From a virus (taxonomy: Duplodnaviria > Caudoviricetes): a stretch of 64,000 nucleotides of DNA. This document shows positions 47,284-56,585 of this stretch, one piece after another (position 1 is the stretch's first letter; every line of letters starts with the position of its first letter). Below the pieces are notes generated by a model, which had not been told where the DNA came from, made no database searches, and worked only from the letters and a program-made list of their open reading frames with translations. The translations under genes and the position numbers were made by a program. The stretch is taken from the IMG/VR virus record IMGVR_UViG_2511231106_000004, positions 1-64,000 of that record. One strand, given 5' to 3'.

Positions 47284-47517
47284 TTATTTCGTGTCTTTAT
47301 TCAGTTTTTGCACCTCATCCACCCCATGGATCACATTAAGGTGGGATCCGTTGTCCCAAACCACCAGGAGGGACCCTATATCATCTACGCCGGTCACCGT
47401 GCCTTTCGTACCCAAAGACGGTGCCTGGGGATCGTCCATCCGGGTAAGGCGTACCCGGGTTCCGGGAGGGTATTCCTGCTGTAGAAATTCCAGCAGCTCT
47501 TTATTGGGAAACCGCAT
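47284..47517 (-). CDS. DUF4314 protein
   Basis: YPPGTRVRLTRMDDP...VDDIGSLLVVWDNGS. Confidence 0.88.
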   Translation of the reverse strand: MRFPNKELLEFLQQEYPPGTRVRLTRMDDPQAPSLGTKGTVTGVDDIGSLLVVWDNGSHLNVIHGVDEVQKLNKDTK

Positions 47518-48307
47518 CTTTTTTCCCTCCGTTCCGGAAGGCCGCTGACCCACTGAGCTTTTCCAGCAGGATCTTTCGGCAGTCCTTGTATTCCTTCCCG
47601 ATAAAGCCCAGGCGCAGGAGGAAACACCGGAAGGCGTATTTCTCGTTGGGGACTTCATGTTCTTTGGCCGTGACCCGTTTGGCGTTCTTGGCAAACTGGC
47701 ACAGGGCCTTCACCAGTCTGGAGTAGGCTTGGACCTTGGCGCCGTCCGCTTCGTGGAACCAGGGGAAGTTGATTTTCCCTTCGCTGCGGATGATGGTCAG
47801 GTCATCCGTCCCCAGGGCCTTTTTGAAAAGGCCGGCTTTAGAGGCCACCAGGTTCTGAAGTTTCTCGAAGTCTTCTTCCGTGAAATCGTCCGGAAAGGAA
47901 ATGGTGAGGGTGTCGACTTTCTCAGGAGTTTCTTCCGGTTCCTGGGCTGTTTCAGGTTCCGTCCCTTCTTCCAGTTCAGCCGTTTCCTGGGAAAGTTCTG
48001 GTTCCGGGTTTGCATCCGGTTCTGCCGTTTCCTTTACGGGTTCTTGTTCCGGAGTTTCTTCCGTTGCTGCCTGTTCTGCAGCCGTTTCTTCTGGCTTGAA
48101 TCCTCTGGCTTCCAGTTCTTTTACCACCTTCTGGAACAGTTCTCCGTCTTCACATTCCATGGCACCGTTTTTCCACACCATAATGCTGCCGATCCGGTAA
48201 GCCTTGGTGGGAAGAAAAAGGTACTTTGCCCTTTCTCCCGTAATGGCGCTGATGGCCTGGACCAGTTCTTTTCTCGCTGCACCTTGTCTGTTGTATTCGA
48301 CCTTCAT
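47501..48307 (-). CDS. Phage 'virulence-related' protein
   Basis: RKELVQAI, FPWF, NEKYAFRCFLLRLG C-terminus shared with the amidoligase. Confidence 0.82.
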   Translation of the reverse strand: MKVEYNRQGAARKELVQAISAITGERAKYLFLPTKAYRIGSIMVWKNGAMECEDGELFQKVVKELEARGFKPEETAAEQAATEETPEQEPVKETAEPDANPEPELSQETAELEEGTEPETAQEPEETPEKVDTLTISFPDDFTEEDFEKLQNLVASKAGLFKKALGTDDLTIIRSEGKINFPWFHEADGAKVQAYSRLVKALCQFAKNAKRVTAKEHEVPNEKYAFRCFLLRLGFIGKEYKDCRKILLEKLSGSAAFRNGGKKDAVSQ

Positions 48308-48346
48308 GATTGGTACCTCCTTAGGGTATTTTGGTACTGTTATTAA

Positions 48347-48372
48347 TCACTCTAAAGGCGAATAATAGCAAG
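48347..48372 (-). promoter_or_regulatory. CTTGCTA-N12-AGAGTGA motif (copy 5)
   Basis: Repeated upstream element. Confidence 0.7.
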
Positions 48373-48395
48373 CAAAATGTAGCCCTTTTTGTTCT

Positions 48396-49652
48396 TTATT
48401 TTTCTCCGCCCACAACTTCCTGGTAGGTGTATGTTTTCCCATTTCGCAGGACGGTCACGCTGTCCTGCTCCCCTTCGTGGGAAGCCAGGTACCGCTTCAC
48501 CGCCACATCCACGAACTTGGGTTCCAGCTCCACCCCATAACAGATCCGGCCCAGCTGGTCGCAGGCCATGAGGGTGGAAGCAGACCCCAGGAATCCGTCC
48601 AGCACCACCCCGTTGATCTGGCTGCTCAGCTTGATCAGATAGGCCAGCATGGGCACCGGCTTACTGGAGGGGTGCCCGAAACCGTCCTCTTTGCTGTTCT
48701 TGATCCCGTCAAACTCAAAGACTGCTTTCTGTTTCTGGTCCCCGTACCAGTTGTGTTTTCCGTCTTTCCGCCACCCGAAGATAATGGGTTCCATGTTAAA
48801 CTTCCAGTCGGTGCGCATAAAGGGGGCCTTGGGCTTTTTCCAGATCAGGCCAGCTCCCACTTTGAAACCGGCATCTTCGAAAGCGTCGTAAAAGACCCGG
48901 GCCTTCATGGTGGCGTAGAACACATAGATGGAGGCGTCCGCCGCCATGGCATCATGGAAGCAGGTGAAGGCCTTTTTCAGGAACTCGTACCCTTCCTGGT
49001 CGTTCAGATCATCGTTCCTGATCTTCCCGGAAGTACTCCGGAGGTTGACCAGGTACGGAGGATCCGTCAGGACCAGGTTTGGCTTTACTCCATCCATCAA
49101 CTGAGCATAAGTTTCCGACTTGGTAGAATCCCCGCACAGGACCCGGTGCTTGCCCAGCTGCCAGAGGTCCCCGGCTTTGGAAAACACCGGCTTCTGCAGT
49201 TCTTCTTCCACGTTGAAGTCGTCTTCTTTGGCTTCTGTTTCTTCATCGAAGATATGGGCGATTTCGTCATCGCTAAAGCCGGTGAGGCTCACATCAAAGT
49301 CCGCTCCCTGGAGGGATTCAATTTCCACCCGCAGCATTTCTTCGTCCCATCCGGCATCCAGGGCCATCCGGTTGTCGGCCAGGATATAGGCTTTCTTCTG
49401 GGCTTCGGTAAGATAGTCCACCAGGACGCAGGGCACTTCTTTGATCCCTTCTTCCCGGGCTGCCATCACCCGACCGTGGCCGGCAATGATGTTCTTGTCC
49501 TTATCGATGATCACCGGGTTGATGAACCCGAATTCCCGCAGGCTGGCCCGGAGCTTGTTAATCTGTTCCGGGGAATGGGTCCGGGCGTTATTTACATAGG
49601 GAATCAGCTCATCGACGGGGAGGAGCCTCATCTCTTTGGTTGTTTTCTCCAT
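48396..49652 (-). CDS. ParB-N-terminal DNA methyltransferase (N4/N6)
   Basis: PYVNNARTH/AGHGR ParB domain, TDPPY, HPSSKP, DGFLGS. Confidence 0.93.
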   Translation of the reverse strand: MEKTTKEMRLLPVDELIPYVNNARTHSPEQINKLRASLREFGFINPVIIDKDKNIIAGHGRVMAAREEGIKEVPCVLVDYLTEAQKKAYILADNRMALDAGWDEEMLRVEIESLQGADFDVSLTGFSDDEIAHIFDEETEAKEDDFNVEEELQKPVFSKAGDLWQLGKHRVLCGDSTKSETYAQLMDGVKPNLVLTDPPYLVNLRSTSGKIRNDDLNDQEGYEFLKKAFTCFHDAMAADASIYVFYATMKARVFYDAFEDAGFKVGAGLIWKKPKAPFMRTDWKFNMEPIIFGWRKDGKHNWYGDQKQKAVFEFDGIKNSKEDGFGHPSSKPVPMLAYLIKLSSQINGVVLDGFLGSASTLMACDQLGRICYGVELEPKFVDVAVKRYLASHEGEQDSVTVLRNGKTYTYQEVVGGEK

Positions 49653-49795
49653 GCCATGTTTCTCCTTATAATCGCAGCAAGCCCCCTGCGGGCACCGTTC
49701 AGGTCCCCACAAAGGGCTTGTCCTCGTAATGTTTTGATCTGTTGTTTGGTGAGGGGATATCCCCTCAGCCGGGAAATGAATTCTCTTGCTGTCAT
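49628..49795 (-). CDS. Small conserved phage protein (55 aa; below the ORF-track cutoff)
   Basis: MTAREFISRLRGYPLTKQQIKTLRGQALCGDLNGARRGL... Confidence 0.65.
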   Translation of the reverse strand: MTAREFISRLRGYPLTKQQIKTLRGQALCGDLNGARRGLAAIIRRNMAWRKQPKR

Positions 49796-49796
49796 G

Positions 49797-50342
49797 CTAT
49801 ACCTTCCGCGACCGCAGCAGCCGTTCCATCACGTCATCCTGGGGCGTGTTGCCGGCAAACTCCACGGAGCAGTTTTCCTTCACCACCTGGTAGATCTGAT
49901 ACCAGATCTGGTTCACCTGCTTCATGTAGTTCTGGCCCATGGTCACGTATGGAGAAGCAATGGCCGCATTGGTGGTGGGGTGCTTGGCCAGAAAGCCATA
50001 TTCCGAAATGGCATGTTCGCACTGGATCCACCGGGACACCGCCATGGCGTACTGGCTGATGAGCTGAGGGCTTACCAGTTTCTCGCAGTGCCGGGCTTTG
50101 AGCCACAGCCAGGTTTCCCGGTAGATTTCTTCCGCCTCCAGCTTCCCGCCGTTCCGCTGCTTTTCCTTCATGTAGGCTTTGGGTTCCGGCATATCTTCTC
50201 CAGATAGATCCGCCCCTTCCGGCAGGTCCATCACCTTAAGCGGCCGCTTCCCCGGATTGTCCGGCAGTTTGTCCAGCAGGGCCCTGGGTTTCCGCCCCTG
50301 GCCCACCCGCAATCCCCCTCGCATGGTTCCGTCTTTTGCTAT
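49797..50342 (-). CDS. terS: Terminase small subunit (P27 family); apparent ATA start, first ATG at 50324
   Basis: (I)AKDGTMRGG.R.GQGRK, RWIQCE, HPTT, SPYV. Confidence 0.85.
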   Translation of the reverse strand: MAKDGTMRGGLRVGQGRKPRALLDKLPDNPGKRPLKVMDLPEGADLSGEDMPEPKAYMKEKQRNGGKLEAEEIYRETWLWLKARHCEKLVSPQLISQYAMAVSRWIQCEHAISEYGFLAKHPTTNAAIASPYVTMGQNYMKQVNQIWYQIYQVVKENCSVEFAGNTPQDDVMERLLRSRKV

Positions 50343-50482
50343 TTTTCACACCCCCTTTTTCACCGGGTCAATACCCTTTTTGAAAACGCGTTTTTTTCGC
50401 GCGTGACCCCTCGCCCGTTCTGGCTTTCCGGGCTTCCAGAGATTCATACGCCCCCTGGGTATATCACTTTGTTTCAGATTTA

Positions 50483-50869
50483 TCATTCTGATAGTCCACT
50501 TTTTCTTGTGACTTTTTGGTGCCATCGATCTCCTCTTTGGGCATGAATCCTTGCGTGACAGGCTTTGCACAGGGCAATCAGGTTGTTCCAGTCGTGGGTC
50601 CCGCCTTCCGCCAGGGGCTTCTTGTGGTGGACTTCTTCCGCCACCACGTACCGGCCATTCTTCAGACACAGCTCACAGAGAGGATGGCTGGCCACGTAGG
50701 CATCCCGGATCTTCTTCCAGGTCCTGCCGTACCGTTTCTTCGTACCAGAACTTCGCTCATACTTTTCGTACCGCTTGGCGATGATCTTCTGGTGCTTCTC
50801 ACAGTACCGGCCGTCCGTCAGGTTCGGGCAGCCTGGGAAGGAACAGGGTCGTTTCGGTTTTCTAGGCAC
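50483..50869 (-). CDS. HNH endonuclease (packaging-associated)
   Basis: PCSFPGC, HPLCELC, VHHKKP, NLIALCKACH. Confidence 0.92.
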   Translation of the reverse strand: MPRKPKRPCSFPGCPNLTDGRYCEKHQKIIAKRYEKYERSSGTKKRYGRTWKKIRDAYVASHPLCELCLKNGRYVVAEEVHHKKPLAEGGTHDWNNLIALCKACHARIHAQRGDRWHQKVTRKSGLSE

Positions 50870-50893
50870 AGCTGCCACCTCCTTTCGGACATG

Positions 50894-50928
50894 AAAAAAG
50901 CCCTGCAGGATAGGTCCTGCAAGGCTTG
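50894..50928 (-). terminator. Terminator after the late regulator gene
   Basis: aaaaaagccctgcagga...tcctgcaaggctt. Confidence 0.55.
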
Positions 50929-50984
50929 TCTTTATTATTCCCTTTTCTCGTGATTCTATCATACCACGAAGGGCCTGTTGAATT

Positions 50985-51437
50985 CTAGTGTTTCGCTACT
51001 GCATTTTCCTGCAATGTACTGCGCTCCTCCAAAATTTTTTCAACGGCCGCCACCCCATCACTGTGGACGGCGTAGATCCACCGGATCCCTTTGCCCATGC
51101 TCCGGGCAATGTCCTCCCAGGCATCGAAGTGGATGTACCGGTCCCGGAGGACCAGCCGCTGGGCTTCGTCTTCCACCCGGTCGATGACCTGGCCAATCTC
51201 ATACTTCAGGTCCACCAGCCGGTCCACTTCCCGGTTGATTTCCTGCTCCCGCTCCCAGATCTTCTCGATGGTCCGGACGAAGGGGGCTTCCGTGGGCCGG
51301 TTGGGGTTGTGGCTTTCTTCCAGCCCGGCTGCTGAGATGCCCAGGCAAAGATGCCGGAGCTCGGCCACTTCCCGAAGATTGCTCTCTATTTTCTTATCCA
51401 GGTAGAATCCCTGTTGCAAGTACTCTTTCGCGTTCAT
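50985..51437 (-). CDS. RinA/ArpU-like (DUF1492) late transcription regulator
   Basis: MNAKEYLQQ, LVLRDRYI, WEDIA. Confidence 0.85.
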   Translation of the reverse strand: MNAKEYLQQGFYLDKKIESNLREVAELRHLCLGISAAGLEESHNPNRPTEAPFVRTIEKIWEREQEINREVDRLVDLKYEIGQVIDRVEDEAQRLVLRDRYIHFDAWEDIARSMGKGIRWIYAVHSDGVAAVEKILEERSTLQENAVAKH

Positions 51438-52788
51438 GCTTTTCCCTCCAAATCCGCTTTGACGGCTTCAATGAGATCCGCCTGGGAACTGTCTTTCTTC
51501 TCCAGGGCCTTCAGGATCCGTTCGTCCATGGTGCCTTTCGTCACAATGTGCTGGACGATCACCGTCCGGCTGGTTTGTCCCTGCCGCCAGAGCCGGGCCA
51601 CCGTCTGCTGGTAGAGTTCCAAACTCCAGGTGAGCCCGAACCAGATCAGGATGGACCCGCCCTGCTGCAGGTTGAGGCCGTGCCCGGCAGAAGCCGGATG
51701 GATCAGGGCCACCGGGATCTTCCCGGCGTTCCAGTCGGCAAAGTCCCTGCTCTCCTTCAGTTCCCTGGCTTCCATCCTCTGACAGATCCGTTCCCGGTCG
51801 TGCCGGAACCAGTAGGCCACAAGGACCGGCCGGCCATTGGCGCTTTCCACCAGGTCTTCCAGGGCATCAAGCTTTCGGTCATGGAGATGGATGGTCTTTC
51901 CGTCATCGGTGTAGATGGCTCCGTTGGCCATTTGGGTCAACTTCAGCGTAAGGGAGGCCGCATTGGCTGCCGTCACCTCGCCTCCCGGCAGTTCCAGCAC
52001 GAGAGACTTTTTGAAGTCATTATACCGCTTCCGCTCCGAGTCCGAAAGATTAACCTCGGTTTTCACACGCACCAGGTCCGGCATCTGCAAATAGTCTGTG
52101 GCCTTCATGGACACGGTGATGTCCGCGATCTTTTTGTAGATGGCGTCCTCTGCTCCCGGCAAGGGCTTGTAGGAAAACACCACCATCCCGTTCCGTTTGT
52201 CCGGCTGGAAATAGGTGTTCCGGTACTGGCTGATGTATCTCCCCAGCCGCTCTCCCATGTCCAGGAGCCGGAACTCCGCCCACAGGTCCATAAGGCCGTT
52301 GCCGCTGGGAGTCCCCGTGAGGCCCACGATCCGTTTCACCTTGGGCCGCAGGGCCTTCATGGCTTTGAACCGCTGGGCCTGCTGGTTCTTGAAAGAAGAC
52401 AGTTCGTCCAGGACCACCATATCAAAATCCAGCCGGCAGTTCTTGCAAAGCCACACCAGGTTCTCCCGGTTCACGATGTAAAGGTCTGCTGGCTTCTGGA
52501 GAGCCCGCCGCCGTTCCGTCACGGACCCTACCACCACGCTGCAGGTGAGCTCCTTCAGGTGGTCCCATTTCCGGAGTTCTTCCGGCCAAGTATCTCTCGC
52601 TACTCTGAGGGGGGCCACGATCAAAACCCGGTGGACTTCAAAGGAGTCATACATCAAATCCCGAATAGCCGTCAAGGTCGTCACCGTCTTGCCGAACCTA
52701 AGCCCATATCCAGCAGGAGAGCCGTCACCGGGTGGGTCTTGATGTACTCGATGGCATAGGTCTGGTATGCATGGGGTATGAACTTCAT
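51434..52788 (-). pseudogene. SNF2-family helicase frameshifted in Walker A
   Basis: MKFIPHAYQ...DMGLG from ATG 52788 is out of frame with GKTVTT...DELSSF...LTGTP...ARLWRQGQ. Confidence 0.85.
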
Positions 52789-53087
52789 TGGGCATCACCT
52801 CCTTCCGCGATGGTCTGCAGCAGCCCGGGGATATCTTCCAGGGCATCCAGGACGAACATCCGGAACCCCAGCTCCCGAAGCTTTTCGTGCCTTTTCACCT
52901 GCAGAACCCGTGGTTTCTTCCCCGGTGCCTTCACTTCCACAAAGGCCAGCTTCCCACCAGGAAGAAGGACCAGCCGGTCCGGCATGCCGGAAAAGGAAGG
53001 GGAAACGAACTTCACAGCCAGTCCGCCTTTCTTCCTCGTTTCCGTCACCAGCTTCAGTTCTACTTGTTTCTCATTTAAAAAGGACAT
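52785..53087 (-). CDS. VRR-NUC domain nuclease
   Basis: GMPDRLVL, FVEVKAPG. Confidence 0.92.
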   Translation of the reverse strand: MSFLNEKQVELKLVTETRKKGGLAVKFVSPSFSGMPDRLVLLPGGKLAFVEVKAPGKKPRVLQVKRHEKLRELGFRMFVLDALEDIPGLLQTIAEGGDAQ

Positions 53088-53394
53088 CTGCTGCCTCCTT
53101 TGCCTTTGCCATCACTTCCGCATCCACCGGGGTTCTGGGTTCATGCTTCAGGTCTCCGTAAAACACATTCAGATAGTCATTGCTGACTTCCGGATGGTCA
53201 TGGAACATATTGTCTTCCGCCCGGGACCGCACTTCATCAATCTTTTGCAGGACCCGCATGAATTTGTCCGTATCCGTAGACAAAAGGACCTGAGACATGT
53301 GGATGGCAAGATTTCCACCCAATGTCCGGAACAGCCGCATTTCGGCTCCCACCAGTTTGTACAGTTCAATCGTCCGTTCTTTCTTGTTGATCAT
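53071..53394 (-). CDS. Phage hypothetical protein
   Basis: RBS AAGGAGG; operon-coupled. Confidence 0.75.
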   Translation of the reverse strand: MINKKERTIELYKLVGAEMRLFRTLGGNLAIHMSQVLLSTDTDKFMRVLQKIDEVRSRAEDNMFHDHPEVSNDYLNVFYGDLKHEPRTPVDAEVMAKAKEAADVLFK

Positions 53395-53418
53395 CGCTTT
53401 TCCTCCTTCAGTATGGGA

Positions 53419-53874
53419 GTGACGGTGGTGACACTCTTCAACATACCCTCTCTATAGATCCTTTTTTAAAATCTTCTTTAGGACTTTCAGGTGAGAGTGT
53501 CACTACTGTCACTTTTCATAAGGTGCAGGTGGTGAAGGTCTCCAGCATACCTTTATATAGAACTCTTTTAAAAATTCTTCTTTAGGACTGTCAGTAGTAG
53601 ACCTGCACCCACCTGCACCTTTTAGATTTTTCCATAAATCCCATGGGGTGCAGGTGGTGAAGGTCTTCAACATACCTTTATATAGAACTTCTTAAAAAAT
53701 TCTTCTTTAGGACTGTCAGTAGTAGACCTGCACCCACCTGCACCTTTTAGATTTTTCCATAAATCCCATGGGGTGCAGGTGGTGAAGGTCTTCAACATAC
53801 CTTTATATAGAACTTCTTAAAAAATTCTTCTTTAGGACTGTCAGTAGTAGACCTGCACCCACCTGCACCTTTTA
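53419..53874. repeat. Three 125-bp-period tandem repeats plus one diverged copy (putative replication origin)
   Basis: Units start ggtgcaggt at 53522, 53647 and 53772, each with inverted ends and an AT-rich centre; directly downstream of the primase. Confidence 0.85.
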
Positions 53875-56160
53875 GTCCAGAAAATCCTGTCCTTCTTTCA
53901 ACCGCAGCCCGTGAACAACGATTCCTTTCTTCGTCTTGTGACGGAAGAACCCCGCCTTCTCCAGATTCCCATAGAAATCCGAAGTGCTTCTGGTGTATTC
54001 ACCCGTCTGCATACAGACGATCCGGTACTGCTGGTACAAATCCCCCGACTTCTCCGTGAAGGAGGGATCCACGTCACAATGGGCGTCCAGGAATTGTCCC
54101 AGCCAATCGTTGTCCTCCCGGTATTTCTCTACCGCTTTCCGCACGGCTTCCGGTTCCTCAATCTTGAACTTCTTCCGGATGGCAGCTTCCGCGCCTTCAA
54201 TGACCCACTTCAAAATGGCCGGCCCGGCTTGTTCGAACAGGTAGTCCGAATAGTTCTTGATGTCGTTTTTCCGGGTAATCCTGGCGTTGAAGGGAATGAT
54301 AATCAGCCTCCGCCAGGTGCCGTCATCGTTGGCGGCCACTTTCGGCAGGTGGTTGGTGTAAAGGACCAGTGTGTGGGAGGGGACGAAATGGAAGGGAGTC
54401 TTGAACTTCTTCTCCGCTTCGATGGCGTCCACAGAACAGATCTGCTTCACCATCCCCGTATTGAGCCGCTGGCCTTCTTCCAGTTCGGAAGCGATGATCA
54501 GCCGCTTCCCTTTCAGTTCTGCAATTTCCGGTTTTACGTTTCGCCGGCAGTTCATGGTCATGGTCTCGGCGGAAATCTTGCCGGAATACAACCCCAGCAC
54601 CCTGGCGATGGTGTTCCAGAAGGTAGATTTCCCGTTGGCCCCGCCGCCATAGGCGATAATCATCTGTTCGGCATAGACTCGGCCCACTGCGGCCATCCCC
54701 ACGATCTGCTGCACGTACCGGATCAGCTCCTGGTCCTTGCAGAAAAACAGGTCCAGGCTTTCCTGCCACATGTTTCCTCCCTGGGTTCCGGGAGAGCAGG
54801 CAGTGACTTTGGTGATCATGTCATCCGGGTCATGGGGCCGTTTTCCATGCATCCCTTTGGAAAGGTCGTAGGTGGCTTCCGGGGTGTTCAAAAGTTCCGG
54901 ATCATAGTCCAGCTCGGAAACATCCAGGGCCAGCATGGGGGTGGCGGCATTCTGGACATTGAGGATGTTCTTGTAGTTCCGGTTTTTCATGACGAATTTC
55001 TTGTAAGCATCCGCGCTGAGAAGTGCCGTCAGCAAATGGCCTTTTTCCCCGGGAATCTGGTTGGCCAGGGTCTTGCTTCTGGACTTCACGTCTTCCCGGG
55101 AGATCCCGATGGCGGTCAGGTCATCTTCTGCCTGGCGGATCTTTTCTTCTGCGTCTGCCAGCTGGTCATCCATAAAGTCCTCGATGACGCCCAGAGGCTT
55201 ATGTTCATCTTCATCCCAGTGATTACCCACGTAGGCGATGTACTTCGTAGCACTGGTGTACCGAAGGCGTCCCATACAGGTCCGGGCCAGGACTTTGGCT
55301 TCCCCGATATCCGAGAAGTCATCCGGCTGGAGGGACGGATGGCCAACAGCTTTGTTGTATTCATCCGGGGGCACATACCCCTCGCTTTGCTGGATTTTGT
55401 TCCGGAAGAACTTCAGGGCACTTTTCCAGATGGTGTCCAGCTCTTTTTCCGGAAGCCGCGGTTCGCAATTCTCAGCCCGCTGCAGGTAGGCTTCGTAGGC
55501 TTTTTCCGTATCCCCATACCGCTTCAGCACCCGGCCGGCAAAGTGGGACATGGTGTTGTTCCGGTTGCCTTCCGGGATAGAACTCCCGGTATAGAAGGGA
55601 GGTTCCGTCTGGTCGGGTTCCAAAGGTCCCAGGCCGGCCAGAAAATCCGTGATGGTTTGCTTCTCTTCCTGCCATAAGATAGCTTCCGGCACCACTTCCG
55701 TGCCATACAGGAACCGGGCTGCATCCAGAGCCTGGGCGTCGAAGAAGGGAAACTCTTCCCGGATCCCCTGCTTCAGGGCCGTATAGGCTTTTTCGTCCTG
55801 CACTTCGGTGATGGGAAAATACGCATGGAACCGGGGCCGGGCTTTCCGGCCTTCCTTGGCTTTCCCGCTATTCCGGGACGGGACGATGACCACAGCCACG
55901 TTTGGCAGCATGGCAAGGAGCTTTTCTCCCGTCACCCACTCCTTCGGATTTTCCGTATGGTCGTTGTCGCAGTCCATCACCGCCACATCGGAAGCCAGGA
56001 AGTTATCCCGGCTCCGGTAGTTGTCCTTATAGGCCGCACAAACGTGGTCGAAAGCAGCAGCCGTCCCCAGTTCCCTGCTGCTTGTGATGACTGCTTTATT
56101 AGGATATATGGCATTTCGTTCGTTGCCGGTACAGTCAGCCGTGTAAATCGTAAATCTCAT
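53872..56160 (-). CDS. P4/D5-family primase-helicase
   Basis: MDCDNDH primase, PriCT-like (EGNRNN), GGGANGKST SF3 Walker A. Confidence 0.94.
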   Translation of the reverse strand: MRFTIYTADCTGNERNAIYPNKAVITSSRELGTAAAFDHVCAAYKDNYRSRDNFLASDVAVMDCDNDHTENPKEWVTGEKLLAMLPNVAVVIVPSRNSGKAKEGRKARPRFHAYFPITEVQDEKAYTALKQGIREEFPFFDAQALDAARFLYGTEVVPEAILWQEEKQTITDFLAGLGPLEPDQTEPPFYTGSSIPEGNRNNTMSHFAGRVLKRYGDTEKAYEAYLQRAENCEPRLPEKELDTIWKSALKFFRNKIQQSEGYVPPDEYNKAVGHPSLQPDDFSDIGEAKVLARTCMGRLRYTSATKYIAYVGNHWDEDEHKPLGVIEDFMDDQLADAEEKIRQAEDDLTAIGISREDVKSRSKTLANQIPGEKGHLLTALLSADAYKKFVMKNRNYKNILNVQNAATPMLALDVSELDYDPELLNTPEATYDLSKGMHGKRPHDPDDMITKVTACSPGTQGGNMWQESLDLFFCKDQELIRYVQQIVGMAAVGRVYAEQMIIAYGGGANGKSTFWNTIARVLGLYSGKISAETMTMNCRRNVKPEIAELKGKRLIIASELEEGQRLNTGMVKQICSVDAIEAEKKFKTPFHFVPSHTLVLYTNHLPKVAANDDGTWRRLIIIPFNARITRKNDIKNYSDYLFEQAGPAILKWVIEGAEAAIRKKFKIEEPEAVRKAVEKYREDNDWLGQFLDAHCDVDPSFTEKSGDLYQQYRIVCMQTGEYTRSTSDFYGNLEKAGFFRHKTKKGIVVHGLRLKEGQDFLD

Positions 56161-56585
56161 CTTTCTGCCTCCTCGAGGGTTTCGTTAAAGAATCTCAGCC
56201 GATAGTTCTTCCATCTGGCCCGCCGAATCTCCGCATCCATGCCAGGAGATATGGTATCCCCGAACACCCACACTTCCCGGCAAAGGCCCATCAGGATGTT
56301 GCCGAAATGGAGCCCTGCCTCCCGTTCCTTTGGATCCCGGTCATCCAGGAACTGGGGAAAGAGGAGATGCGGAGCCAAGGGCAGGTACCCTTCTTCAAAG
56401 GCAAAGCGGCAGTACCGCCTTGCTGCCAGGATATTTTTATCCGTTGCCCCGGAATACGGGGAACAGATATATACGAGAGGCCGGTAAGCCCGGAGTGCCT
56501 TCCGCTGGGCTCCGACAGCACTGAGGGCTCTCTGCGGAGTCGGATCCGGATAGTGTTCCTGGTTAAATTTCTCCACTGTCGCCAC
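56157..56585 (-). CDS. DUF4406-like protein
   Basis: VYICSPYSG, PLAPHL, ISPGMDAEI. Confidence 0.85.
   Translation of the reverse strand: MATVEKFNQEHYPDPTPQRALSAVGAQRKALRAYRPLVYICSPYSGATDKNILAARRYCRFAFEEGYLPLAPHLLFPQFLDDRDPKEREAGLHFGNILMGLCREVWVFGDTISPGMDAEIRRARWKNYRLRFFNETLEEAER

Noticed and set aside
50360-50470. cos packaging site between HNH and terS
   Set aside because: Position is plausible but the cut site cannot be fixed from sequence alone.
53522-53874. Possible CRISPR array
   Set aside because: Whole 125-bp units repeat with no unique spacers, and there are no cas genes; DUF2800 is a phage replication nuclease.
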